Below, piece after piece: positions 13,142-27,700 of a stretch of DNA of 64,000 bases. Location of the stretch: NCBI GenBank assembly GCA_043228905.1, contig JBHGNT010000001.1, positions 682,001 through 746,000 of the forward strand. Direction: 5' to 3'. Origin of the DNA: Azolla caroliniana. Taxonomy: Eukaryota; Plantae; Polypodiophyta. The translations under genes and the position numbers were made by a program. The notes beneath the pieces are model-generated. The model was not told where the DNA came from, did no database searches, and saw only the letters and a program-made list of their open reading frames with translations. Position 1 is the stretch's first letter. Every line of letters begins with the position of its first letter.

Positions 13142-15628
13142 CATTCTGAAGATGCGAAAAAAAATACAAACAAACTTTTGCTCCCTCAAGTCTTCCAAAC
13201 AAATGATGGAACTAATAACTGAACGATTCTTCATTCATCATCTAACGAATCCCACATGTATTACACATTCATTCACACAATCCAAGAGGCAAGCATGAGA
13301 GTGAATTCATGGATGGTAAGAACAAAACAAAAGGTTTTTGCCACATATAATGATGACGATTGTAAAAGCTTTTGCCATCTATATGATGGCCTCCCAGGAG
13401 CAAGATCCTTGATCTGTTCAAGAAAATGTCCTTCTGAACCAAGCATATTGCGCTGTCGATGATATACGGGCGAAATGTGTCAACATGTGATGAAGGTCTT
13501 TTACAGGCATGGGTGACCCCTTCAAGAATGGCATCCATAATGTACATGTCGAAATCTTTCTCCGGATGGGCACGAGTAATTTGCATCAATCAGTCATCAT
13601 GTCATGTTCATTCTCACAACAAACATGAAGAAGATATTGGTTCTCTTTGGCGTGAAGGAAACAATCACAAAGCCTCTTTTTTAGCATCATGGAAACCTGA
13701 TGTATATATATATATTTTAGGCTTCTTTTAAGGACTGTTCTGTCTAGTTTCTTGTAGAGAAAAAACCACACTTTGGGATGTATGTTCTCTCTCATCAAAT
13801 CCAAGTGTTAGAAAAACAAAACACTTCTCCTTTGTAGTCTTTCCATCAAATACATATCTTTCATTTGCGGCCACTATCGATTGGTTCCCTCTCTAAATTT
13901 TCGTTCAGAAAGACAAGAGTGCCATATTGCCACGAAAAAACGTCGATACCATTGCATACACACTATCGTCCCCTTTGTACGTATGCACAACCTTTCATTA
14001 TATCAATATTTGCTTTTTATGACAAAAAGAAGCCCTATTTAGCTTTGATAGGATATGTGAGGACATCCTTTTCTTTTTGAAGCATTTGTTGAAATCGAAT
14101 GTGAAAAGGACCGTACGTTTCCCACTTTTGTGACGGTGCCCTGATTGTCGGCATATTTCATGAAGGCCTTGTTTGATACATAAAAGACACTAGGAGGGTC
14201 CTCCTGGTTTTATGGTACATGAGCTACGTATCAAAAGAGAGATAAAAACTCCTGAATGAGTTTCATTCTAATAAAGAGTAAACTAGCGATTGGAATTATT
14301 GGCCAGCAATTCAAAGCTACCTCAAAGTTTTATAAGGTCCAAATAAAGAGTAAACCAGCTATTGGAACTATTTACTAGTGAATTTGATGCTACCTCTGAG
14401 TTACGTCGTGTCCGTCAACATCTAGTCTCCATTGTTATTAGCATGTCATGTTTTCTTTGGTTAATACTTGAGCTAAAAAAATGTTTTGATAGTTGGTAGT
14501 ATGCCTAGGAAACAACACTCTTATAGGTTCCCTCTTGTGGATACTACTTTCAAATGCATTGGCGTGGAATACAAATATATGAATGCTTACAAAAGATATA
14601 TACATATGTCTTTAGGCATGTAGTGGTAAATGGTAAACGGAATGAATCACTCATGATGTAAAAACATAGAAGTTGTGCCATCATTGGATCATTTATGGCT
14701 CATCAGAAGTGATGGCCAACATTTGGTTTTACTTGGTATGAATGCATTGGATCTATGTTTTCCATTAGGTTACCAATTTATATGGGTAGTTTTTATCATA
14801 AATGTAAATAATGCAAGCATGACTTACATTTATGTTGGAAAATTACATTCACATTTACGGGATAAAAGAAACATTCCTTTCATGCTCTACTCGTGGGCGG
14901 GAGGAGGGGAGAACTTCTATTCATGTACAAGTTGACCCTCATGTTACTACGAGACTACACACTTGCGAATTTTGAAGTGGATGAATGTCATACAGAGACG
15001 TGAACAAATGCATTCATGAGTGATGTGTAAAATGTTAAAAGAAACATTACTTAATGTAAATAATGGGCCGACGCTATCTATCCTTCATGAAGCCTCTCAA
15101 TGTTCGGTGCATTTATGTGTTAATGACATTGACAATATTGATACTATTTCGACATAAATGACATGTCTACTATAGAGACTTTCAAAACATGAATGACCAT
15201 CAACATTTACACAATGATATGTCTTACTATTACAACAGAAATCACCATCGCAGTGATACCACATATAGTATTCGTTATAGAAACGACCCCACAACACGTA
15301 TGTATACAACAACGTATATTGATGATAACATAAACGACCATCAGCACTTATACAATGTATACTATTCATAGCATGGCTCACTCAAAATAGCATGACTTAA
15401 ATGGAAATCCCTTGGCTTGAAAAGAAGAGGACAAAGTTAATGAACAAAGTTAACTTGAATCACAAGACAATGAGAGGTTACAGGCAGAAGTAAGGGTGTG
15501 CATGCATGCATGCATGTGTGTGTGTGTATTATGCCTATGTGAAAAAGCAAAAAGCACTTGAGATAAAGAAGCAAAAGGGTTTTCAATGGTCAGATCAACT
15601 TGTACACTTACTCAGAGCTAGGCCAAAG

Positions 15629-15633
<5 letters not shown>

Positions 15634-15660
<27 letters not shown>

Positions 15661-16028
15661 CGAAGGGGGGGAGTCTAGAGAGAGAGGGAGTGGAAATGAA
15701 AAGCTATGAAGAGAAGGACAGGGCGTGCAGAGAGAGGGTCCTACCTAGCCTCTCTCTACACGCACTGACATGTTGGAGGGAGAGGAGAGAGAAGGCCTGC
15801 CTCTCTCTCTCTCTCTCTCTCTCTACAGACACTGACATTGTTTGGGGGTTGCTAGATTTTGTGTTGGATTTTGATGATCATCATCAGATCTATGGATGTA
15901 TGTATACATGTATATTTAAAATATTATGTTTATCCATCAAATACATAATGAGAGACATGTCCTCCTATTTATACTTGGCTCTAGACATAGAAAGAGAGCG
16001 ACAGAGATCCTTCTTCTCCACTTGGTCC

Positions 16029-16066
<38 letters not shown>

Positions 16067-16070
16067 CATA
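15634..16070. repeat. Cluster of (GA)n, (CT)n and (TG)n microsatellites downstream of the ANT-like gene
   Basis: Direct reading. Confidence 0.85.
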
Positions 16071-18746
16071 TAGAAAGAGAGAGAGGTCTTTCAAGACGAG
16101 GCATTCTGGTGTCATCCTCTAGCCGGATCCTCGTGCAAGTGAGATCTAGTATGTCCTAGACGACTTGACCCATTGGACATTTGTCCCTCTCTCCTTAAAA
16201 TGGCCAATGTGGTCTCTTGGACCAAAACAAGCGTCTTATAGCCTTTCTTCGTGCTTTCAAGAAATGAAAACAAGAAAGAGTCATGTTCATTTTCCACACT
16301 TCTAGATAGAGAACAAGGTCGATTCACTTATATTTAGAGTGAGGGAGGTATTTTTCGAATTTTACAATTCCGTTGAAGTAGAAAAGCCATGAAAGAAGGT
16401 ATTCACACCTTTATGTAAGGGCCAATGCGGTCTAGCTTATTGTACCAAACAATATATATAGATCATAAAACTTGTTTGGTGGTTCAAGAAATTAAGAATT
16501 ATCAAAATGTAAATAATAAGAGAGAATATTAGCACTATTGATCATATGGTGACCCATCCCAATGTTCCCCACCTTGGACACACTTCATCTCAATAATGTG
16601 CTCAAGGAGTCTCGACTATTTGTTTGTGGACAAATCTCTTTACCTAGAGAGAGAGAGAGAGAGCAAGTCGTGTTATATATGCCCGTTGACTTTGTTAGCT
16701 AAAGTCTGGCATAATGTTCTTTGTAGAGAATGTTCCACACTTGGGGTGAATATGCCCATCCCAATACGACTCTTCCTTCCCCTTCGCCTTCCTATACCTT
16801 TTTCAAATTTATTTAGTCATACCCCGCCATGTGGTTTCCTCTCCCAATGTTTCTTCCTCCTATGCTTGTTTGTTTTTTGGGTTTTTCAACTCCTACATAC
16901 CCATGCTTGTTTTTTCTGGCACCTCCACATGAAGTAGTCATTTCCTCTTCTTACACATGCTCGTCCTTTCGCATCTACTGTTTCTTTTTGACTGAACAAC
17001 ATTTACATTGTCCTTCATGAAGATGCTTTCACTAACACAATGCACATGACAATGAGGTGAAAAGCAATTTCAGTACAACTGGTCCATTAGATAAATGTTG
17101 AATGAGTTTTCCAATTTACATATCTCTCTCTCCACATTTATGTCTTGTCTACATAGGTAAGTGTGCAAAGATTATATGTATATATATATATATATGCACA
17201 CAATATATTACACATACAACCATACATACATAAGCATAGAGTTCACAATAGCAAAGCATTGTATATTTGAAAATTAATCATCACATTAACCTTTTGTTTG
17301 GATATTTGAAAAGTGAATATCACATTAACTTAGAAATTGTATATTTGGAAATGATCTCATCCAAAAAGTCACAAAGATTACATACCACCCAAAGTAACAA
17401 TCACCAAAACCATATAATTTGTCAAGACTGCATCAATAAATTGACCCAGATTTGATTTAAAACATTTCCCAATTAGACATGCAAAAAATAGAGCAGTCAA
17501 TAAACTATACAACTATATCCCTTGTCAATTAAAATCCCATGATTGTCCAATTGCAAATATGTGCCCCCCAAGCAAACTTGAATAAGACCAACTGTGATAA
17601 TGAATGCCCCAAAGTGAACTAATCAATTTATGCCATGTTATGACCAAACCTTTCCATGCCTTGTCTTCAACAAGGCATTGCATAAACCTTTCCCTCTACA
17701 TCCACGTTTAACAATAATGTCACAATACCACATTCTTTACAAATTCAAACTACATCTTAAAACCTAGATTACCAAAATCTGTGCTTCTCCAAAAGTGATA
17801 TTACTAAGCTGTGCTTTCCTGTTATCAATACCACACACATAAACCTACGATGCAGTCACAACAAAGAGCAAACCTATAAAATCTTCAAGTTAAAAGAAGC
17901 TTTACAATATTGTTACTAGCCAAGCAATACCGCATCTAGCTAAAGCAATGCTACATAATAAATATCCTATTTGCACAGAAAGAGTTGACAATATATTGTA
18001 TGCAAGTATTGAAGTTCACGTTGCCATTATAAAGAAATTTCTAATAATCCTAATAAAACCCTATAATGCTTGATTAATAAACTTCACGATGGTCAATGAA
18101 AATATAAGCTCTCTCATACACATCATGACATACATACAATACATTCAAGATTGCGTCGCTATTGCATGATCATAGTCTAATTCTAGACAACCCTACCATC
18201 ATTACTTTTAGATAATCATTTCATGTGAATTTAGCACTAAACAGCTATATTGCAATAACTTTGGTCAACAATTCGCACATACTCTGAAGCATTTCCATAT
18301 CACTCATAGTAGAACGTCTCTAGTCATGAATAAGGTATTAAATGAAATGTTTTTGTGAATGTTATTCAAACACGTTTTCATGCCAGGTGTGGGTTTCAGA
18401 AACCAAAGAATAAATCCTTTCCATTAGGCTTGTGATAGTACATACTTTGATCATCCTGTTGCCATATACCATAAATATTCTTTTATTTTGCGCATAATAG
18501 GAAACAGCAAACTTTATCAAATGTTCATAGCAAGTGACGGACACAATTTTGTGCTCTTACACCAACTTTAATATTTTTCTACAAATGATAAAAAGAGATT
18601 GATATTATAAATTAATAAATAACTCAAATGCCTTTCTTTACGTGGGAACTCTTCTGGTCTCAACTCGTAACACCAGCTTACAACAGTGTTTGCCAAAAAA
18701 ACTTGGAGACTAACCTTGAATTTTTCTTTTTAAAAAACTGTCAGCT

Positions 18747-21700
18747 TCATGACCTACGTAAATGTCGCCATGCAATGGCAGTTATGAGTATTACAGCGGC
18801 TGCACCCAAAACAACCTGCATTCAAAACAGACATTTAGAAAGAAGTTACATGTGAAAAAATTCAACTAAAATGGGGAGTAGCAGCAGAAATACATGTGCA
18901 AAAAAGAAAAACAAGAGAATAATTAACTAAAATAGGGAAAAAAACTCCAACATGGTTTCTGAACTTTTCTAAGTATCCCTCATTTCCAGAAGATACTGCG
19001 TGATATTCCAGTAAAATTTCCAAAAAGTCAGGGGTATTTGGGTGCCCTCCCAGTGGAAATGTGAAAATGTGAAAATAAGCTCCAAAATACCTGAATTGTT
19101 TTTATTTACAGAAGAGCAAACGGCAAAAAAATTCATTATTTTTCTAACTGGCTTTAGTCAACCACCTCTCAAGCAAATAGAAGCTATGTAAGTTATTAGA
19201 TGATCTTTTATTCGTCCTTGTCTCTCAATTCTACCTGGCTATTCAAGCATTTATATGTGCTATTTGAGCAATTATATGATCCATTCACCCCTTTTGCTCT
19301 CTTGCACATGTTGACATTACCACTGACGAGAGGCATTTCGTGAAATAAAGAAAAACTCAAGGGGTATTTCAGATTTTTTCCCCCTCAAAATACTTAGTTT
19401 GTTTACTACGATTTCATGGTTATACTTGCACCTTCTTTTCTCCAGAAAACTTTTGATCGGAGGAAGTAAATAACGCAAGAGCTCGCTGAAGAAATGGAAG
19501 CGGCGGCATCAAAACGACAGCAGTATACTGGCTCCTTGAAGGTGAAGGCAATATCTTCTGGAGAGCCTCTTGCATCCTGGCTGCTTTTAGCATTGCTCGT
19601 ACTGTATTTCTCCATTCATCTTGCACCTTCAAGTAGAAGAAAATAAGAAAATAACTTTTTCTAATAATATTACATACATTACCAAGAATCTCAAATGCAT
19701 AAATCTGGTTTGCTGGGGTATTGACATGCTTTAAACAATTTGGTCTTTACTTAGAAACATGGACATAAATTTCTCTTTTCAATTAATATGGTTAAGGATT
19801 TATATAGCTATTATTAATATTGACTTACCCATATAACAATCACATGCAACAATCTTAAAGAAATTTGAAATCCATTGAGTTTCACACAGATCCATAAACA
19901 AAACGTCCTATAAACACAGGATTCATAAACAAAGGAATTTCTGGATCAAATTCAGATGTACAAGCATGGATGTTTGTACATCAGACTTTACAATCAGGCA
20001 TTCCTGAAATTCTAGAAAAAAGGATCAGAAATATTAACGATATTAACCATGTTTCTGGTGAGTAAACTGGTACACAGGATCCAAATGTGGGTGCATTATC
20101 TTACTACTTCATAACATGGATGACATAACAATGCCTCTGGAATCCTTAACATTTCCTTTTCATTTCTCAAATCCCCTATATATTGAAGGAGATATGAAAA
20201 CAAGATTCTCATGATGATTAGCAATATAGCTTTCGCAATGCAGGTATGGGACCTTTTTCAAGCTAACTAGTAAGCAAGGTTCAATGTGAGATACAGTTGG
20301 GATCCAGACTTCAGAGAGTTAACAAGTGATATTAAGGGGGAAAGAATGTCTCTGGAATCCATAACATTTCCTTTCCCTGGAAAGACCAAATCAAAATTCT
20401 CATAATATAGGTTTGGCCAATATATTGAATAAGCAACGCATATGCAACTTTTGTGCAAAGGTTGCAATTACATTTGCTTTCTATATGTAATTTTTAACAT
20501 TGGCAATTTCAGCCAACATCACTGCGCAACAAATTTCTATGGAATATCTTATCCTAAAAATTGAAATCCCTTGCTGAAACACCATGCTATTAAGTGCACC
20601 ATAAATTCTGGCTTCCCTCAGCAACATTGGCCTTTTGCAGTTTTTGAATCACTAACATGTGGATGCACTAACATGTAATGTGATACGAATTTCACCAGAT
20701 TGAGATGCACAATCTCCTGCTCTAGAATATATGTACATTTAACCTATATGAAAGTTCAAATTTCAGATATATTATCTCGGACAGAAAAAAACTCCAAAAC
20801 AAGGAACCTAACGTGATTTTAGCTTTAACAATTTAAAAATACAGCATGTAACCCAGTACAACCCACATGCATATAAAATTTCAGTGTATATAATTGTTGA
20901 GAATCAAGCTCAACATAGTGCAACGTGTGAACCCACCTTTTGAGAATCTATGATTACTCAAAGGTCAAGAGTCACACCACTACTCTCTACACATTAACTA
21001 TGTCATAGAACCCACATGCATATAAAATTTGAGTGTATATAATTGTTGAGAATCAAGCTCAACATATTGCAACGTGTGAACCCACCTTTTGAGAATCTAT
21101 GATTACTCAAAGGTCAAGAGTCACACCACTACTCTCTACACATTAACTATGTCATAGAATCATATTCTATGACACATAACTAATGAGTTATATATGTGAG
21201 AAAAGCTGTTAATAACAACAGCGGAAGAGTTAGAACAAAATAGACACAGCCAAGCTGTGAGAAGGTTGTTAGACAGCAGTAGAAAAATGGTTGCAAAGAG
21301 TAGAGACACAGCCAAATAATAGAGCTTGTTTTTAAGTAGCAACCAAAGTAAAAAAGTCTTTACAAAAGAGGCTGGTATAGCCTATTTATACAAAATTGGG
21401 GAAAGTGGGTGAAATGGTTGTTTGGTAGTAAAGTGGCTCTTGTACTACCAAACAAGTACAAAAAACTAGGAATAAAAGGGAATATCTTGGAAAAAGTAGA
21501 AGAGAAAAAAGGCATTTAAAGCATTACAAATTCTAGAGAGGGAAGGCATTAAAGGAGTTGCAGATTCTAGAGAGGGAAGAATCTAGGAAGCAAGAGAATA
21601 TAGTACAAAGATAATAAAGATGAAAGAGAGTGCAAGGCTGGAGTTGCCACCCTCCAACAATATATTCCCCAAGAGAGAGCAGTTGTTGTAGTGGGTTAAT

Positions 21701-24700
21701 GAAGAGAGAGGGTGACCTTATATAAAGCACCCTTCTCCTACTTCATACTAAGTCGGTTGTGACTCCTTGTAATGCTACATTTTTATATCTCTTACTTTAC
21801 TTGTGAATATACACCTTCTTCTTGAGTATTCCTTTTTCTATCTATCTTGTGTTCTCTCTTCTCTCCTCTAATTTCTCTCACACATACACATAACACACAT
21901 CTCTTCCGCTACACAAGAATCATACCTGATTCTTTACAATAATACATATTTTTACTCCTCCAATGCAAAGGTGAGTCATTTCTTGTTTAAATTGATCATA
22001 GCAGAGCCAACATACGATTGCAGTTGCATAAAACCTATCAAGATGAACGCTTTTCTAAAGAAAGTATTTGCACCAATCTTTGGATGGGAAGGAAACTTGT
22101 TTGCTCATAGAGAGCGGATTGTACTAGTTATCATATGGCTTTGTGGTTTACAGTTTATGTCTGTCAGAGAGCTATTGGTTTTACTTCATAATCTTGGACT
22201 ATCTCTGAAGCACTTCAATGGATGGAAAAGATATAAATTGTTGCACAAAAAGACAAACTTTTTTCACATCATGATAACTACTAGTTGTGTAAGGATATAA
22301 CTGAATACTGACAATCAGGAAAAAAACTCCACTACCCAAAAGGGGGAGGAATGGTTAAAGTGATCTAACAGAACAAATTACTCCAAGAAAACTGGCCTCA
22401 GCATGCTCAAAACTTGCATTTTTGAAGCTGCGGTTGTGAACCATCAATAACAATGGCACAATGTGAGGGGTTGTAATATTTATCCGTCAAGTCCATTTCT
22501 CTCATTCTGATAGCTGCCTGAAAATACTTCAATTTTCGTCTCTATCCAAAAGAGAATAGATCAAGATATGACATGAAAAATTACTCATAACCCATCCCGT
22601 GTCTCAAACCAACAGACATGACCTGATGAGATATAACATTGTCTATAAAGCAAGATTTTGGAACCAAATCAAGACACCTCTATGAACATATCGATCAAAA
22701 ACCACAAACAATACTTTTTATCCTTGATGAGGCAATTCTCCTGGATAAGAAACCACAGCACTCTCATGTTGTGGAAATAGTAAAGACAGTTATTGATTGT
22801 TGCCAAAACAAAGCAATCAAATTCCAGTCAGACCATTCCAGAAAAACATGTTACGAACATGAAGAAACTATGTGGCAATCAAAAGAAACGACCAGAACAG
22901 AAAACAAGAAATTTATTCATTTTGTTCTACCTGAAAAGATTCCTTCAAATTTCCAGTGTAGACACGAGATTGATATGCACGAAGCATGTGATCCAGCCAG
23001 TAGCTGTTTTCCTATAAAATAAGACAAAAAGATTTACAGAAATTACAGTACATCCTGGACTGTTGTGATAAAAGCTTAAAGCATTGCTTGATTCTTTACC
23101 TGCTGGCCGTTTTCAAATGTCCGCTGCTCTATCTCAAGAATTGTTGTCACATCTTCATCCTTGGGACCTGAGTCTTGAAGAACCAGTACCTCATCAAGAG
23201 CAAAATCAACCTAGGCCAGCATATCATTGTCAAACATCTATTTTCACGTCTGTTTAAAAGAGAAAATTTAAATCTTACCAGCCTCCAAGAGGATTCAGGA
23301 TCGCATGAAAAACTTATGGCAATATCTCCACGTACATTGCCCACTCTTGAAGGTTTATTACCACCAAGGAAAGCAGTAACTGCAGCTGAATATACCTGAG
23401 ATATAAAAGCATAAGAACATATAGACCAAATAAAGTTGATAAAATAAATCCCACTTTATGCAGATTGTGAAGATTACCTGCCCATGCTTGAAGCGGAGGA
23501 TTTGCATTATTCTGGTTTCAAGAAGTTTGCAGATGAAATCAGTGAGGTGCACATCTTCCATCTAAATTAAAGGCAACTTTCTATATCTTTCCTCAGTTAA
23601 AACTCACTCTTTGTCAAGGGTTTATCTCTAAGGACTATAACGACATTTAGATTCTTTAAAGTCATTTTCTACAAAGACTGATCAGTAAACTAAAGTGATG
23701 GCATTTAATACCATTCAAGCATGGGTAACAACGTTCAGGACCAGAATTCTTATTGGGAGAGGAAAATGTGGCATATATCTAGAAGTAACATTCATGTGGG
23801 CTTCAGTTCTCCCCACAGGAAGCCACCTGTACTCCACTGTCATGGATGCGCAAACCTTGAGGCCCTCCAAGTACAATGTACATATGTACAGCTCCAAGAA
23901 CCACAAACTCAATTGTGGTTGTTTGTTACAATTGTAAACCAACTCATCTCAAAGGTGAAGAAACTTGTGAGATTTGGAGAAACCTATCACCACAATGATT
24001 GCCCGCATGTTAAGGAGAAAATAGAGGTGGAGATGGAAGCAATCCCAACAGTTATTGAGGCCAACCAGTAAATGGTATCCAACAGATTTGGGATCTCCGA
24101 AAGAAAATGTACAGACGGCTTGCATTTTTGTCATCAAAACAGCTGGCAGGAGATGGAGGTGTGCTGAAATGCAAGAATGGGTCCAGACACATGGCATAAA
24201 TATAAATGCACTACCCTGTTCGAATATATGTTGGAATGCCCACTTGAGCATTAGTCTAAGTGGAAAAAATAGAGTGATTCAAACTTATATCATTAAATTG
24301 GATGACGAAAGAGCGTGAATCATCCCACAACCTCTCTCTATAGGAACTCTTCATAGGGTTATAGAGTTGGAGGATATAATTATTACCAGGCCATCTATTT
24401 ACATATGCTTTATAGTGTGACAAGGGAGCTCTGGATCTTTTCACATCAGTTAGAAATTGAGAAAAACAAATATGCACAGAAATGTATAGAAGTACCAATA
24501 GCAGGATATGAAATCAGAGGAACAATATGTTTGTCATTGTGCTCCTTTTTATACAATAAGAAGATGTTTGACAATGTGCTGCTTTTCATACAATAAGAAG
24601 ATGTTTGACAATGTGCTGCTTTTCATACAAAAAGAGGAAGATATGATTGACTCTTAAAACAAGGTAATGACCCACTGTGCAGAGGGAAAGAATATGTAGG

Positions 24701-27700
24701 CCAACAATGTTTGGGACCATTCTTGCTAGAGACAAGAGAGAGAGAGTTGTTGGACAACGATACAAGCAGAACAGCTCATCAACATAGAATCATCACCACT
24801 TTCTTTAGTTCCATGACTCAGGCTACAAGTCAACCCAGGGCCACATAAATAGAGTCACCACCACAACAATTGAAAGGGGAAACAATAGATTGGACAATAG
24901 CAATTTGGCATGCTGTAGACCATGCTAAATTTGGCCACGACTCCTTCACCATTGTCATTGACAAATAAAGGCAATTATCATCCAACACAAAAGGTTCTTC
25001 CCTCCTGTTTAAGAACCCCCTTCTTGGATCGGCCCATGTTGGAAATCTTTTGAAGGCAGATGTTTCAGCCCATCAAAGCTTAGAATGTTAAGTGCTTAGC
25101 CAACGAAATTCTCTTGTAACTTAAACAAAATCAAGGCAGGAGGGGCACTTCACATACCTAGAGTTGAAAGATAACAAAATCAAGGAAGGAGGAGCACTTC
25201 ACATACCTAGAGTTGAAAGATTCTCCAAATAATGTGAAGGAGAGATCGAAAGCCAGGAACATCTTGTGCAGGTGCCCAGCTTTCAACCACATCAGGAAGA
25301 AGCATAATACCTAGCTACTTTACCTCTACAAGCAGTAATTTGTGGGACACCTAAAGCCTTTAAACGACATATGAAGTTAATTCTTTCATTTTGTTCTTCA
25401 GATAGTAATCTCCAGTTTGTTTTCTCTAATATTTGCCTCTTCAGGAAGTTCCCAAATTCCTCGGTCTTTTCTCATTCTCATTCTATTTAGTTGCTGATGA
25501 TCAGCAGAAAGGCATTTAGCTTAGGTCGTCATCAACCACTGATAGAAGAGTTGCCGCTGAGAATCTCCTTCCTATGGAAAGACTTCTTATGTTACTTACC
25601 AATGACCTCTCTGGCACTTTGGGTTCTGGTTACCATCATACAAGCCACATAATTCACTGGCACATAGATCTGGATGCTTAGGCTGAATGCTTTCAATCAT
25701 TGCCCAGATGTCAAATGACTGCAAATACTTGTAAATTTGCATGGAAACCTTTACATCAAACCAAGAAATGTAGACAGGGTTTTCACTACCTAGCTGTTAT
25801 GGGAGTATAAACCTGAAGAATTTCGTCTCCCTTTGTAGTTTGCTGCACCAAAACAGTTTGTCTGAAATGAGAGTTTTGTTGTCATTTCTTATTGAACCAA
25901 CCCATGATGTTTTGACTCCTAGAAATACCTCCCAAAATAGCTATCTGCCAAGATTTATGGGGATATCTAGGAAATAACTTACCATAGTTTCGAGTGCAGA
26001 TAGATAAAATTTTGTTCCAGATCCTTTAGACTGTCAATACTGATTCTCAATATGCAATCTACCAAATGCTGTCTGTGCTCCTGATCAATTAGATCATTGC
26101 CGGTATTCTCAACATGTTCTCATGATTCCACTGATGCAAATACTGCCATTTATGGGGTTACCACACTTTTGAGTGTAAATAGACATGTGAATTTTGATCG
26201 GGAACCTTTAGACTGTCGATAGTTATTCTCAATATATGCATTCCAAGCCAATAATATACATTTAAACATTGGATTTGCCTCATTGTAAAAATCAGAATGG
26301 TTAATCGTCTAAATTGAGATCAGAAGTGATTAATTACCTTCAATTGAACTCATTAAAGTCTTCCATAAGTACATACTTAAGGTCCAATTTTGGACTAGAA
26401 CGTCACTGTGTATATGCTCAAGCTTTATTACCAAACCCATAGTTTAAAAAAGTAAAAAACATACTAATTTGTGATTATTTAATATGACAGCATACCACAT
26501 TTGGGCCTCTCAACTCAATTGGAAAAGTTAACTGGACCAAGCATTGTGCCTCTATCATATGTCGACGAACCTCTTCTCTGCAGCATATGGAAAAGAAAGG
26601 CCTATTTGGAAATCTGATAGCTTATTCATAACCATGAATCATGTGATTTCTATTAGTAATCGTACCTCACAACGTTCGCTGGAAAACTGAAAGGGAGGCC
26701 TGTAAGTTCATCTCTTTGGAAATGCATCACCGGATCTTTGGGCTTGGGTATCCCCCCCTGGTTAAATAAATCTAGTAAGACCTCTGCATTCCAAAAGGCA
26801 ATGCCAACAGAAATGAAGTGGTGAATGATACCAGGTACTGAAGGATTAGAGGCAGTGCAGTTTCAGGATCAATGTTCCCCACTAGGGCAACAGTGAAGGT
26901 AGATGGATCTTTGAAACAATCATCAAAGTACTGACAAGCCTTCCTTGGATCAATTTTTTTTAGTTCCTTGATCGTCACTGGCTACAGCATAAATTTACGT
27001 AGAGAATAAATTACATTCAGGTTATAAAAATATGCATAAGTTGGAAGCAATCTTGTAGCTTAAAGGAATGGGGATAAGCCAGATTCCATCTCACAGCTTG
27101 CAATGCACTGTACCTTGAAATAATAAGAATTCCCATAGTTGAGTTCTCGCACACGATTAGAGAAGGATGTCAATGGATCCCTTTCTTGTGCCAATATTGC
27201 TTCTTTTGTCATTTGCATAACCAGCTTAACTTCTTCATCACCAGGTGTGACTTGGGTGATAAACAGCTGATATACAAGCTGTATTACCAAGCAAAGAAAT
27301 CATGGCCTTAAGCTGATTCCATCAGCGACAGGGGTAAGACTCATCGGAAAGTTAAATACCTGAAGAGCTGTATCAAGATCAGAAGGAGAACAGTCCCCTG
27401 AAAAAGTACGCATGTAAGCGCCGACTTTCATTCCAACTTCTGCCCTCTTCCCTGCCAACATATCTGAAAGCATTGATGGCTTGTGCCCAAAGACACCAAT
27501 CTCAGCGGCAATTGTAGAGCTCATTGAGCAAGAAAGGAAGTCATTCTCTGATACTTCTGAAAGACCTCCATATGAGAAGCCAGTAAAGAGAACCTAAAAA
27601 AGAAACACTTAAGAAACACTGGTTCATCTCAAAAAAGTCTAAGATTTCGTGTGCCTAATCTAGCACAAATACTCTACCTGATCCTCCAAAAAGTTTGTAC

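Noticed and set aside
23620-26250. Nested gene or LINE relic in the long protease intron
   Set aside because: The short ORFs lack recognisable motifs. Only small tandem duplications (37 bp at 24551, 49 bp at about 25124) are certain.
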